Shown piece after piece: positions 25,874 to 34,709 of a DNA stretch of 64,000 bases. The position numbers and the translations under genes were made by a program. The notes below the pieces were generated by a model. The model was given only the letters and a program-made list of their open reading frames with translations. It ran no database searches and was not told the DNA's origin. The first letter of the stretch is position 1. Each line of letters begins with the position of its first letter. Source of the stretch: an uncultured Eubacteriales bacterium (GTDB lineage: Bacteria; Actinomycetota; Coriobacteriia; Anaerosomatales; JAAXUF01); NCBI GenBank assembly GCA_964388455.1, contig CAYMAN010000002.1, forward strand, positions 37,535-101,534, given 5' to 3'.

Positions 25874-27762
25874 TACTGGTCACCCCCCGGGCCGCCCTTG
25901 GCACCGGCGAGTTGACGACCATAGAACACGACCGCCCACTTCTCCTGCTCGGTGAGCATGTTGCGCCACGCAGGCATCGCCGTGGGATGCTTCCCGTTGT
26001 CTCCGACGACCCCGGCATCGATTCGCCAGTACCAGAAGTCCAGGCCGGCAGTGAGCGCCGGATCCTCGGTCAGGTTCGCAGGCGTGGGAAGCAGGAGTGT
26101 TCCGTTGGGACCATCGCCGAGTGCTTTGGTTCCGTGGCAGTTCGTGCAGAGCCGTACCCACAGCTCCTCGCCCCGCGCCAGGGTCTCAGGAGTAGGGGAG
26201 AACGGCGCAGCATCCAGCGCCTGATACCCCGGAGGCACATCGTCGCTCACGTCACGGGGTTCACTCGGATTCACGAACGTGCCCTTGAGGTACTTGATGG
26301 TGGCCCAGCGATCCTCCTCGGACAGGAGCAACCGCCACTGCGGCATCGCCGCGTTGCCGATACCGTGGCTGACCTTCCAGTACCACTCAGCGTCAGGGAA
26401 CTTCTTCAGGTCGGGCTCGGTGAAGTTGGCTGGCAGCGGCACCAGATGTTTGCCGTCCGGCCCCTCGCCCTGACCTGCATCGCCGTGGCACATCCAGCAG
26501 CGCTGGAAGTAGACCTGGCGGCCGCGCATGAGGTCCGTGTCCGCCGGCATCTTGAGCCCCTCGGCGGTCTTGGGGATCTCGGGATCCTTGGGCTCTGCGG
26601 TGGGGTTCGGGAAGATCAGCACGTTGCGAGAGTACCCGGCGACGAGTTTGAGCTGCTCCGGCGAGAGCCAGGTGTGCCACCGCGGCATCGCGCGAAGCGG
26701 GATGGAGTCGGTGACGCGCCACAGGTAGTCGCCCGGCGTCCAGTCCTTGTAGGTCGTGGTGTCCGAGAAGTCCGGCGGCGCGGGCAACAGGCCGGCGGCG
26801 TCCGGGCCGTCTCCGTTGCCTGCGTATCCGTGGCAGAACGCGCAGTTGCCCACGAAGATCGCCTTGCCGGCCTCGATGTTGTCGAGCGTGGGCTCGGCGA
26901 TGGTCGCGCTGGCGTACTTGGCGGGCAGATCGCCTTCGTCTGCGAACGCAGGGGTCATGTCCATGAACGCCTTCTGGACGAACAGGATCACCAGCCACCG
27001 CTCGTCCTCGGACATGGACTGCTTCCACTCCGGCATGGCGGTACCGGCCACGCCGTCGCTTATCCTCCAGAACGCGAAGTGGCTGGGGAGGTTCTTGTAC
27101 TTCTCGTCACGCAGGTTGGCGGGCCGCGCGTTGTTGAGCATCGCGTAGGGACCATCGCCCTTGCCGGCGCAGCCGTGACACGTCAGGCAGAGCTCAGCGT
27201 AGATGTCGCGGCCGCGTTCGTAGTTCTCGTCGGTCAGCTCGAACTTGTTTGTCTCGTACTTCGGTCCGAGGTACTTGACCGGGATCATGAGGTCGGTCGA
27301 AGCGTTCTGCTGATTACCGAGCCGGTTGAGGTAGGCCACGATCGCGACGAGCTGACGTTCCGAGAGGTAGCTGAACGCCGGCATCACGGAGTTGGGAGAG
27401 AACTTCCGCGGGTCGAGCAGGTGGTCCATCTCCCAGCGATCGCCGCGCTTGAGGCCGATGTTCGCCAGATCGGGACCGGTGCGCAGCGTGCCCAGCTGAT
27501 GCGGCTGGTCATAGGCGAACTCCCCGGATTCGCTCACGCGAGAAGGGGTGGCGTCGCCGGGTCGCGTGAACTGGCTGTGACAGTACATACAACCGTTGCT
27601 GACGTAGAGGTTGCGACCCTCTTCCTCGAGAGCGGTGTAGGGCACCGTTTGGAGCGTGGGCTTGGGCTGGAACACCACCGCGGGGAGGAACACGACGAAG
27701 GCGACGACGGTGAGCACGACGGCGAGCCCGCCGATGATGATGAGGCGCGGCGACATCTTCAT
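25873..27762 (-). CDS. CcoO (FixO) monoheme subunit fused to four class-I cytochrome c domains (CcoP-like x2); five CxxCH in total
   Basis: N-terminal TM plus GCMYCHSQF..LGTLRTGPDL (FixO-like). Then CLTCHG, CAFCHG, CWMCHG and CTNCHG, each followed by a distal AMP.W Met-ligand motif. Confidence 0.85.
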   Translation of the reverse strand: MKMSPRLIIIGGLAVVLTVVAFVVFLPAVVFQPKPTLQTVPYTALEEEGRNLYVSNGCMYCHSQFTRPGDATPSRVSESGEFAYDQPHQLGTLRTGPDLANIGLKRGDRWEMDHLLDPRKFSPNSVMPAFSYLSERQLVAIVAYLNRLGNQQNASTDLMIPVKYLGPKYETNKFELTDENYERGRDIYAELCLTCHGCAGKGDGPYAMLNNARPANLRDEKYKNLPSHFAFWRISDGVAGTAMPEWKQSMSEDERWLVILFVQKAFMDMTPAFADEGDLPAKYASATIAEPTLDNIEAGKAIFVGNCAFCHGYAGNGDGPDAAGLLPAPPDFSDTTTYKDWTPGDYLWRVTDSIPLRAMPRWHTWLSPEQLKLVAGYSRNVLIFPNPTAEPKDPEIPKTAEGLKMPADTDLMRGRQVYFQRCWMCHGDAGQGEGPDGKHLVPLPANFTEPDLKKFPDAEWYWKVSHGIGNAAMPQWRLLLSEEDRWATIKYLKGTFVNPSEPRDVSDDVPPGYQALDAAPFSPTPETLARGEELWVRLCTNCHGTKALGDGPNGTLLLPTPANLTEDPALTAGLDFWYWRIDAGVVGDNGKHPTAMPAWRNMLTEQEKWAVVFYGRQLAGAKGGPGGDQ

Positions 27763-27777
27763 GGTCGCGTCTCCTCT

Positions 27778-29175
27778 CTACACGCTCGCCGCGGCGGGCG
27801 CGGCTTCTGCGGTCTCGGGCTTGTCGGCAGGGAGTGCGCGTGCGGCGAGCGTGGTCCTGATGATGTTATAGGCGAACAGGTACTGCGCGAAGATGATGAC
27901 CGTGCCGGCAGCAGCACGTCCGATCCACAACGATCTGATGCCGGGAAGAATCTGAACGATCGGGATGCCCTGCTTGAAGCCGCCCGCCTGCACCAGACCA
28001 GCCGCCGTGAGGACGAGGAAGAAGCTGAGGAACCCGACGGTCGTCATCCACCAGTGGGTCCACGCGAGCCGGTCAGAGTACAGCGGCACGCCAAGGATGC
28101 GCGGCATCATGTAGTACAGCATGCCCCACAGCGAGAAGGCGACGAAGCCCAGCAGCGCGAGGTGGGCGTGGGCCACGGACCAGTTCGTGAAGTGGATGAA
28201 CTGGTTGAAGCTACGCAACGCCTGGAACGAGCCCTGGATACTCACGGCGAGATAGAACCCGATGCCGGTCAGGACGAAGCGCAGGGGAATCGACGAATAC
28301 GCGATGTGCCATGCCCCTCGCATGGTCATGAACATGTTCACCACAAAGGCGAACACCGGTACGAGAAGGCCGATCGAGCAGATGACAGAGACCGTCTTAA
28401 GCCACTCGGGGACCGGTGCCCCCAGGATGTGGTGAGTTCCCACTCCGCTGTAGAAGAAGGCAAGACCCCAGAACGCGATCAATGCAAGCACGTATCCGTA
28501 GATGGGCTTCTTCGTCTCGCGCGGGACGATGTAGTAGATCAAGGCAACTGTGCCGGTGGTGAACCAGAGGCCCAAGATGTTATGCCCGTAGAACCAGGCC
28601 CAGATAGCATCGTTGAGCCCCATCAGCGAGCCGGTGGGGGGTGCCCAGATGACATTCCCCAGCGCGAACACGATCGGGAACCAGATCAGCGTTCCCATCA
28701 CGTACCAGAGCGACACGTAAAGGGCGGGCTCCTTGCGGCGTGCAATCGTCATGAAGAGATTGAATGCCGTAAGCACCAGCGCGACCATGACTGCGATGTC
28801 GATCGGCCATGCGAGTTCCGCGTACTCACGACCCTGGGTCCAGCCCAGTGTCAGACCGACGACGCCAACTGCTAGCACTAAGTTCCACGCCCATGCCACG
28901 AAGACGCCCAGCTTCTCCGAGTACACCTCGCCTTTGGCGAGACGCGGAATGACGTAGTACCATCCGCCCACCATCGCCATGGATAGCCACCCAAAGGCCA
29001 GGCCGTTGACGTGCGCTTGTCGGATGCGAGGAAACACCAGCCATGCGACTCCTCGGAACGAATCTGGTGCGATGAACTCGATCGCCTGTATCAGGCCGAG
29101 CGTAATCGCGACCACAAGCCAGAAGATGGCGGATTCTGCCATCAACCGCGCGGTGGCATCCCTGCGCTGCGTCAT
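27778..29175 (-). CDS. ccoN: cbb3-type (C-family) heme-copper oxidase catalytic subunit CcoN
   Basis: WFYGHN, GTHH and VAHAHLALLG motifs. 12-TM-like profile. Confidence 0.9.
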   Translation of the reverse strand: MTQRRDATARLMAESAIFWLVVAITLGLIQAIEFIAPDSFRGVAWLVFPRIRQAHVNGLAFGWLSMAMVGGWYYVIPRLAKGEVYSEKLGVFVAWAWNLVLAVGVVGLTLGWTQGREYAELAWPIDIAVMVALVLTAFNLFMTIARRKEPALYVSLWYVMGTLIWFPIVFALGNVIWAPPTGSLMGLNDAIWAWFYGHNILGLWFTTGTVALIYYIVPRETKKPIYGYVLALIAFWGLAFFYSGVGTHHILGAPVPEWLKTVSVICSIGLLVPVFAFVVNMFMTMRGAWHIAYSSIPLRFVLTGIGFYLAVSIQGSFQALRSFNQFIHFTNWSVAHAHLALLGFVAFSLWGMLYYMMPRILGVPLYSDRLAWTHWWMTTVGFLSFFLVLTAAGLVQAGGFKQGIPIVQILPGIRSLWIGRAAAGTVIIFAQYLFAYNIIRTTLAARALPADKPETAEAAPAAASV

Positions 29176-29395
29176 GCGGCTCCCCCTTTGGATGAATCAG
29201 CAGATAGCGGGCGTGCGTGAGTGTGCACGCGCTTGCGCACATACACGGAGTTCTTCCCCAAGAACCAGAAGATGGATACCTGAATCAGGAAGATGAGGCC
29301 TGCCACGTACGGTCGCCGAGGAGCCCGTTCTGCCTACTCCCGCGCGGCAGCGTACAATCACTCGATCACGCCGCTTGCCGAGAGGCCTCCACAGA

Positions 29396-29965
29396 ATGCC
29401 GCACACATCCACCGACACGTGGGTCGCCATCGACTTCGAGACCGCCACCAACGAGGCCACCAGCGCCTGCGCGCTGGGCATCGCCGTGGTGACCGGCGGT
29501 CGAGTCGTGCGCACCGAGTCGTGGCTGATCCAGCCACCGTTCAACGAGTACGCGTACCGCAACACGCTCATCCACGGCATCACGCCGGGAGACACCGAGT
29601 TCGCCCCCGATTTCGCCGAGCTGTGGTGGGAGATCGCTCCCGTGCTGGGCGCGGGTCCGCTGCTCGCGCACAACGCAGCGTTCGACATACGCGTGCTGCG
29701 TGCGCTCATCGCCTCGCACGAGCTGGCCACACCTGCGTACCAGTATGTGTGCACCGTGAACCTGGCGCGCAAGGCGTTTCCTCGGCTGGTGAACCACAAA
29801 CTCAACACCGTCTGCGACCACTGCGGCATAACTCTGATGCATCACGACGCGGCCTCGGATGCCGCTGCATGCGCGCACCTGGCGCTGGAGTGCGCGAGTG
29901 TGTCAGGCGCGGCGACGATCACCGAGGCGGTCGATCTCCTCGGGGTGCGAGTGGCCACGCTGTAA
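29396..29965 (+). CDS. DEDDh 3'-5' exonuclease (DnaQ/epsilon-like)
   Basis: Exo I WVAIDFETA, Exo II LLAHNAAFD, Exo III HHDAASDA. The ATG at 29396 is preferred over the upstream TTG at 29375. Confidence 0.8.
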   Translation: MPHTSTDTWVAIDFETATNEATSACALGIAVVTGGRVVRTESWLIQPPFNEYAYRNTLIHGITPGDTEFAPDFAELWWEIAPVLGAGPLLAHNAAFDIRVLRALIASHELATPAYQYVCTVNLARKAFPRLVNHKLNTVCDHCGITLMHHDAASDAAACAHLALECASVSGAATITEAVDLLGVRVATL

Positions 29966-29980
29966 GTCGGCGGGTGTCTC

Positions 29981-30310
29981 TTACCGCTTGGCGCGGATGA
30001 GGAAGGGCCGCTCGGCCTCGACGGTGCAGAAGCCGGCTTCGACCAGCAGCGGCAGCACGTAGGTCATCGCGGCGGGGGAGAACCCGTGATCGCGATAGAG
30101 CGTCTCGCCGACGCTGTTCTTCAGCAGGGGCTTGCGGCTGGCGCCCATCAGGACGGGGCTACGCTTGGTGATCTCGTCCTTGATGATCTGGATGATCTCG
30201 GCTGGGATGACCCAGTCTGCACCCGTGTCGCCAAAGTCGATGCTGATGCCCTTGTCGAGCGTGCCGCGGTACTTGAATCGCTTGCCCATGACGGTCTTGC
30301 TGGTGGCCAT
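29981..30310 (-). CDS. Hypothetical protein (109 aa), no recognisable family
   Basis: AAGGAAG RBS and strongly GC3-biased codons. No motif recognised. Confidence 0.55.
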   Translation of the reverse strand: MATSKTVMGKRFKYRGTLDKGISIDFGDTGADWVIPAEIIQIIKDEITKRSPVLMGASRKPLLKNSVGETLYRDHGFSPAAMTYVLPLLVEAGFCTVEAERPFLIRAKR

Positions 30311-30446
30311 ATGAGTACTTCCTTCTGGAATGAGTGATCGGGCGACTCGCGTCGAGCCCGTTTCATGACGGTGTGCGTTCCAGACTACACCGTCTGGGGG
30401 AGACTCTCATCACGTGTGTGCACGCAACTCGACGAGGTGAAGCGCG

Positions 30447-31001
30447 ATGACTGGAACTGAAGATCTGCGATCCGAGCATGTGGGCGTCAGCAGGATGCTA
30501 CATATCATGGATTCGATGGCCGGGTATGCCCGTAGGGGTGAGGGGCCTGCACCCGAGGACGTTGAACAGGCAGTGGAGTTCCTTCGGGTCTTCGTGGATA
30601 AGTGCCATCACACCAAGGAGGAGGAACTTCTCTTCCCCGCGATTCGGGCCGCGAACATCGCGTCCGCCGAGGACACCATCGTCGTGCTGCTTGCTGATCA
30701 CGCGCAGGGGCGGGAGACGGTCGCCCGCATCGCAGCCGCTGCGCAGCACCTTTCGGCAGACGGTGTTCCTGCAAACACGGAGTTCGCCGAGGCGATAGCC
30801 AGCTACACGGAGCTTCTCCACCAGCACATTCGCCGAGAGGAGAGCGAGTGCTTCGACGTGGCCGACCGAGAGCTGTCTGAAGCCGTGCAGGCGGAGCTCG
30901 TTACCGGGTACGACAGGATCGAGCGCGAGGTGGTTGGAGGAGGCGTGCACGAGGCCTTCCACGCCATGCTCGATCGGCTTGGTCAAGTGTATCGAGCGTA
31001 G
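30447..31001 (+). CDS. Hemerythrin-like (HHE cation-binding) domain protein
   Basis: His/Glu ligand pattern: LRSEH.., CHHTKEEELLFP, LLADHAQG, HQHIRREE. Confidence 0.75.
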   Translation: MTGTEDLRSEHVGVSRMLHIMDSMAGYARRGEGPAPEDVEQAVEFLRVFVDKCHHTKEEELLFPAIRAANIASAEDTIVVLLADHAQGRETVARIAAAAQHLSADGVPANTEFAEAIASYTELLHQHIRREESECFDVADRELSEAVQAELVTGYDRIEREVVGGGVHEAFHAMLDRLGQVYRA

Positions 31002-31045
31002 TAACCACAGTCCCGCGGGCGACTGCGGATTATGGCGAGTTATAC

Positions 31046-31080
31046 GGACGGGTGGAGGTCGTGATGACCCCCACCCGTCC
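31046..31080. terminator. Hairpin between the hemerythrin gene and tRNA-Arg (possible bidirectional terminator)
   Basis: ggacgggtggagg-tcgtgatga-cccccacccgtcc; 13-bp stem with one mismatch. Confidence 0.4.
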
Positions 31081-31090
31081 TAGTATTCGG

Positions 31091-31166
31091 TGGTGCCCCC
31101 AAGACGATTCGAACGTCCGACACCAGGTTTAGGAAACCTGTGCTCTATCCCCTGAGCTATGGGGGC
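31091..31166 (-). tRNA. tRNA-Arg (anticodon CCT), CCA encoded
   Basis: The reverse complement folds as a cloverleaf: acceptor gccccca/tgggggc, anticodon stem caggt/acctg with loop TTCCTAA, T-loop ttcgaat, 3' acca. Confidence 0.9.
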
Positions 31167-31364
31167 GGGTAGTGCATGTGCACGCGGAGCCGTTGGAGCG
31201 GGTCTCCGAGCGGGCTGAGATAGTGTAACGCAGCCTCCCCCGGTTCCGACACCTCCGTGCGCGGCCGCGGGTACTGACCACTCGGCCGTGTCTGGTCCGG
31301 TTTGGGCACACTCTCAGAGGCGGGCCCGTGCTCGTCCTGCGTGACGGCGACAAGAAGCGAGCAC

Positions 31365-32258
31365 ATGAGCGCGATCAAGAACGCAGCCAAGCTTCTGGAC
31401 ATGACTTACCAGCGATGGCGCAACGATGGCGCGCCGCAGATAGCCGCGGCGTTGACCTACTACGCCTTCCTGTCGCTCGCGCCGATCCTCGTTGTGCTGG
31501 TCGCCGTCCTTGGCCGCTGGCTGGGTCAGGCCGCCGTCGCCGAGGAGATCTTCGCGCAGGCCAGTGCCGTCGGGGGGCCGATGGGTGAGCAGCTCGCCCG
31601 CAACCTGATCTCCGCGGCCGGGCCCAACACGATGAGCATCGCGGCGCCCACGGTGGCGCTCGTGATCGCGTTCTCCGGTGCGATGCAACTGTTCCGCCAG
31701 CTGCGCATCGCGTTCGATCGCATGTGGGACATCCCCCCAGAAGAGGCGCCGGAGGGTGGATTCTGGGTGCAGGCCAAATGGAGCCTCTCGGCGCTGGGCA
31801 AGCACAATCTGGCGGCGTTCATGATCGTACTCGCGGTGGGAGGACTGCTCGTCGTGTCGCTGGTGCTGTCGAGCATTGTCGGGGTGGCGGCTGACTGGAT
31901 CGCCCCGATGCTCGGCGTCGATACTCCGTCGCTGAGCCTGTTCGAGACGCTGCTCTCAACGGTCTTGGTCACGCTGTTGTTCGCGATCATCTACCGCTAT
32001 CTGCCGCGTACATCCATCGCATGGCGGGATGTCTGGGTGGGGGCCACGATGACGTCGGCACTGTTCCTTTTCGGCCGCGTGTTGTTGGGCGTGTACTTCA
32101 CCTACGCGAGTCCCGGGTCGCTGTACGGCGTTGCGGGATCTGTCGTCGCGGTATTGATCTGGGTGAACGTGTCGATGCAACGGGTCTTGTTCGGCGCGGA
32201 GTTCACGCACGTGTGGACGTACACGCACGGCTCGCGCGCGCCGAAAGGCACCGCATGA
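31365..32258 (+). CDS. YihY/BrkB-family membrane protein
   Basis: N-terminal consensus-like AAALTYYAFLSLAPILVV. Polytopic. The ATG at 31365 is preferred over the track start. Confidence 0.8.
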   Translation: MSAIKNAAKLLDMTYQRWRNDGAPQIAAALTYYAFLSLAPILVVLVAVLGRWLGQAAVAEEIFAQASAVGGPMGEQLARNLISAAGPNTMSIAAPTVALVIAFSGAMQLFRQLRIAFDRMWDIPPEEAPEGGFWVQAKWSLSALGKHNLAAFMIVLAVGGLLVVSLVLSSIVGVAADWIAPMLGVDTPSLSLFETLLSTVLVTLLFAIIYRYLPRTSIAWRDVWVGATMTSALFLFGRVLLGVYFTYASPGSLYGVAGSVVAVLIWVNVSMQRVLFGAEFTHVWTYTHGSRAPKGTA

Positions 32259-32326
32259 ACGCGCTGGTCGGCGATACTGTCGTTGATTTCCTCTTGAAGC
32301 CGTAGCGGACTCGGACGGGGTTTCAC

Positions 32327-33817
32327 ATGCCATTCATACTTGCGTTGGATCAGGGGACGACCAGCTCACGCGCGATCGTCTTCGACGAGACCGGCGCTAA
32401 GCTCGCACAGGCGCAGATCGCGCTGCCGCAGATATTCCCGGCTGCGGGCTGGGTCGAGCACGACGCCGAGGTGATCTGGAGCCAGCAGCTCGAGGTCGCC
32501 CTGCATGCGATCGCCGAGGCGGGCATCTCGGCGAGTGAGCTTGCTGCGGTCGGCGTCACCAACCAGCGCGAGACCGTCGTCATCTGGGACCGCGTGACAG
32601 GCGTGCCGATCCACAACGCCATCGTGTGGCAGGATCGCCGCACCGCAGAGGCGTGCGACGCTCTTGTCGCTGCCGGGCACGACGACTTCGTCCGCGAGCG
32701 CACGGGACTCGGGATCGACCCGTACTTCTCGGCGAGCAAGATCGCGTGGCTGCTCGACAGCGTTGAGGGGGCGCGGGCTCGTGCGGAGGCGGGGGAGCTC
32801 GCGGCGGGCACCATCGACACGTGGCTGATCTGGAAGCTCACGGACGGTGCGGTGCACGTCACGGACTCCACCAACGCCTCGAGAACCCAGCTCCTGAACC
32901 TGAACACCGGGGATTGGGACGAGGGGCTCGCGGCGATCTTCCGCGTGCCGCTGTCACTGATGGCGCGCGTGGCTCGCTCGTCGGAGGTCGTCGGCTCTAC
33001 GGCGGCGTCGGTGCTGGGCGCGGCGGTGCCGATAGCATCGGCGTGCGGCGACCAGCAGGCGGCGCTCGTTGGCAACGGCGGGTTCTCGGCGGGCGATGCG
33101 AAGGCGACGTTCGGGACCGGGATCTTCGCGCTGATGCACACGGGCGGCGTGCGGGCGCAGTCTACGACGCTCGCGGTCACACTCGCGGCGCAGACAGGCA
33201 CCGAGCTTCAGTACGCGCTCGAGGGCTCGATCTTCATGGGTGGAGCCGTGATCCAGTGGCTGGTCGAGGGCCTCGAGCTCGCGGACTCGCCACAGGCCGT
33301 CCAGGAGCTCGCCGAGAGCGTGCCCGACAGCCACGGCGTCGTCTTCGTGCCGGCGCTGACCGGCATGGGCGCGCCCGAGTGGGATCCTTACGCGCGCGGC
33401 GCCATCTTCGGGCTCACGCGTGGGGCCACGAAGGCGCATATTGCGCGCGCGGGCATGGAGGCGATCCCGCTGCAGGTCGCCGACCTCGTCGGCGCGATGG
33501 CGATCGACTCCGGCTACTCGATCGCGGAGCTGCGCGTGGACGGCGGCGTCACCGTGAACGAGCTCGTCATGCAGACGCTCGCCGACGTTCTCGGCATCCC
33601 CGTGGACCGTGCCCTGGTCGCCGAGTCGACAGCGCTGGGCGCCGCGTACCTCGCGGGACTCGCAGTCGGTATCTTCAGCGGCCCCGAGGACCTGCCGGTG
33701 CTGTGCGGGGTGAGCAAGACCTTCAAGCCTGACCCCGCCGACAAGGTCCGCCTCGCAGACCTGCGCATCCGATGGGCCGAGGCGGTCAAGCGCTCCAAAC
33801 GGTGGGAGTGCGGGTAG
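32327..33817 (+). CDS. glpK: Glycerol kinase
   Basis: ILALDQGTTSSRAIVFD, GVTNQRETVVIWD, FGTGIFALMHTG, GGAVIQWL: FGGY kinase / GlpK signatures along the full length. Confidence 0.95.
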   Translation: MPFILALDQGTTSSRAIVFDETGAKLAQAQIALPQIFPAAGWVEHDAEVIWSQQLEVALHAIAEAGISASELAAVGVTNQRETVVIWDRVTGVPIHNAIVWQDRRTAEACDALVAAGHDDFVRERTGLGIDPYFSASKIAWLLDSVEGARARAEAGELAAGTIDTWLIWKLTDGAVHVTDSTNASRTQLLNLNTGDWDEGLAAIFRVPLSLMARVARSSEVVGSTAASVLGAAVPIASACGDQQAALVGNGGFSAGDAKATFGTGIFALMHTGGVRAQSTTLAVTLAAQTGTELQYALEGSIFMGGAVIQWLVEGLELADSPQAVQELAESVPDSHGVVFVPALTGMGAPEWDPYARGAIFGLTRGATKAHIARAGMEAIPLQVADLVGAMAIDSGYSIAELRVDGGVTVNELVMQTLADVLGIPVDRALVAESTALGAAYLAGLAVGIFSGPEDLPVLCGVSKTFKPDPADKVRLADLRIRWAEAVKRSKRWECG

Positions 33818-33825
33818 CGAAATCA

Positions 33826-33861
33826 GAACGCCCCGGGCTTCTGGCGAAGGCCGGGGCGTTC
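33826..33861. terminator. Bidirectional hairpin terminator between glpK and the convergent lipoprotein gene
   Basis: gaacgccccgg-(14 nt)-ccggggcgttc; perfect 11-bp stem. Confidence 0.55.
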
Positions 33862-33922
33862 ATCGTGTTCTGAGTGCGTCGCGGCCGAGGTGGCCGGACA
33901 GCGAACTTGTGCGGGATGCAGC

Positions 33923-34534
33923 CTACTTGGCAGCCCCGACCTTGGCTTCGCCGGTCTTGGCGTTGACGTCGATCGTGCTCGGCGTGGCGCCTTGCGGATC
34001 CAGCGCGACGCTCCACACAAACGGATCGATGGTCGTCGAGCTGGCGGCCGACTTAGGCACGTAGGTCACGAAGCCCATCGCCCACGGGGTCTTGTCGGTC
34101 GCCTTCTTGTCGGTCTTGAGGGCGGCGTCGAAGGCTTCATCGCTGTCGATCTTCCACTCGGCCGAGTCCGGGATGAGCTTCCACTCGGACTCGTCCATGC
34201 CTGCAGAGCCATACGGCTGGGTCGCGGTGACCTTTCCGTTCTCGACGGTGACGGCGACGATGCTGCCGTCCTTGGGAGAGCCGAACAGGTACTGCCACAC
34301 CGGAGTGGACGTGGCGGTGACCACGTTGGCGGTCTGGACCAGCAGCAGCTTCGCGTCAGGAGCGCTCGTGGACAGCGATGACTTCGCGACCCCGATGCTG
34401 TCCATCGCGGTGGGACCGCTCGGTTCCGCTTTCTCGGCGGTCTTGTTGCAGCCGACCAGCGCAACCGAGAGCGCGAGTGCAAGCGCGAGTACCAGCGCGC
34501 CACGGGTGACACGGGCGGTGGATAGGTGATTCAT
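33923..34534 (-). CDS. Hypothetical lipoprotein
   Basis: MNHLSTARVTRGALVLALALALSVALVGC lipobox. No recognised domain. Start set at the internal ATG (34534). Confidence 0.6.
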   Translation of the reverse strand: MNHLSTARVTRGALVLALALALSVALVGCNKTAEKAEPSGPTAMDSIGVAKSSLSTSAPDAKLLLVQTANVVTATSTPVWQYLFGSPKDGSIVAVTVENGKVTATQPYGSAGMDESEWKLIPDSAEWKIDSDEAFDAALKTDKKATDKTPWAMGFVTYVPKSAASSTTIDPFVWSVALDPQGATPSTIDVNAKTGEAKVGAAK

Positions 34535-34646
34535 GAGCAGACTCGCTTTCGTCGTTTCCTTGGCGTGCGCGCATCGCGCACCCACATATGGTACCCCCTC
34601 TGGCACTTCACGTGTGTGCGGTCTCTGTGTGGAGTCCGAGGCGTGC

Positions 34647-34685
34647 AACAAAAGAGCACCGCATGCCCCCGGAGGCATGCGGTGC
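34647..34685 (-). terminator. Rho-independent terminator downstream of the GH26 gene
   Basis: On the minus strand: gcaccgcatgcc-tccggg-ggcatgcggtgc followed by tcttttgtt. Perfect 12-bp stem. Confidence 0.6.
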
Positions 34686-34709
34686 CGTGGTACTCAGGAT
34701 GATGTCGGG

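Noticed and set aside
25912-28875. 987-aa plus-strand ORF, plus similar long antisense ORFs (for example 1631-2467 minus, 22116-23735 plus, 19854-21875 minus, 60283-62148 minus, 10725-11912 minus).
   Set aside because: They lie antisense to genes with clear domain signatures (ccoN/ccoO, cysG, ccoI, the SbcC-like gene, RND, ABC). They are Arg/Gly/Asp/His-rich or Ser/Ala/Pro-rich low-complexity translations with no motifs. Long spurious antisense ORFs are expected in GC-rich DNA.
29176-29395. Search for an FNR/FixK box (TTGAT-N4-ATCAA) upstream of ccoN. I noticed TGAATCAG twice (about 29203 and 29281), the palindrome CCTGAATCAGG, and GCGTGC-N8-GCACGC.
   Set aside because: None matches the FNR/CRP consensus spacing, and short palindromes of this size occur by chance. 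Not reported as a regulatory feature.
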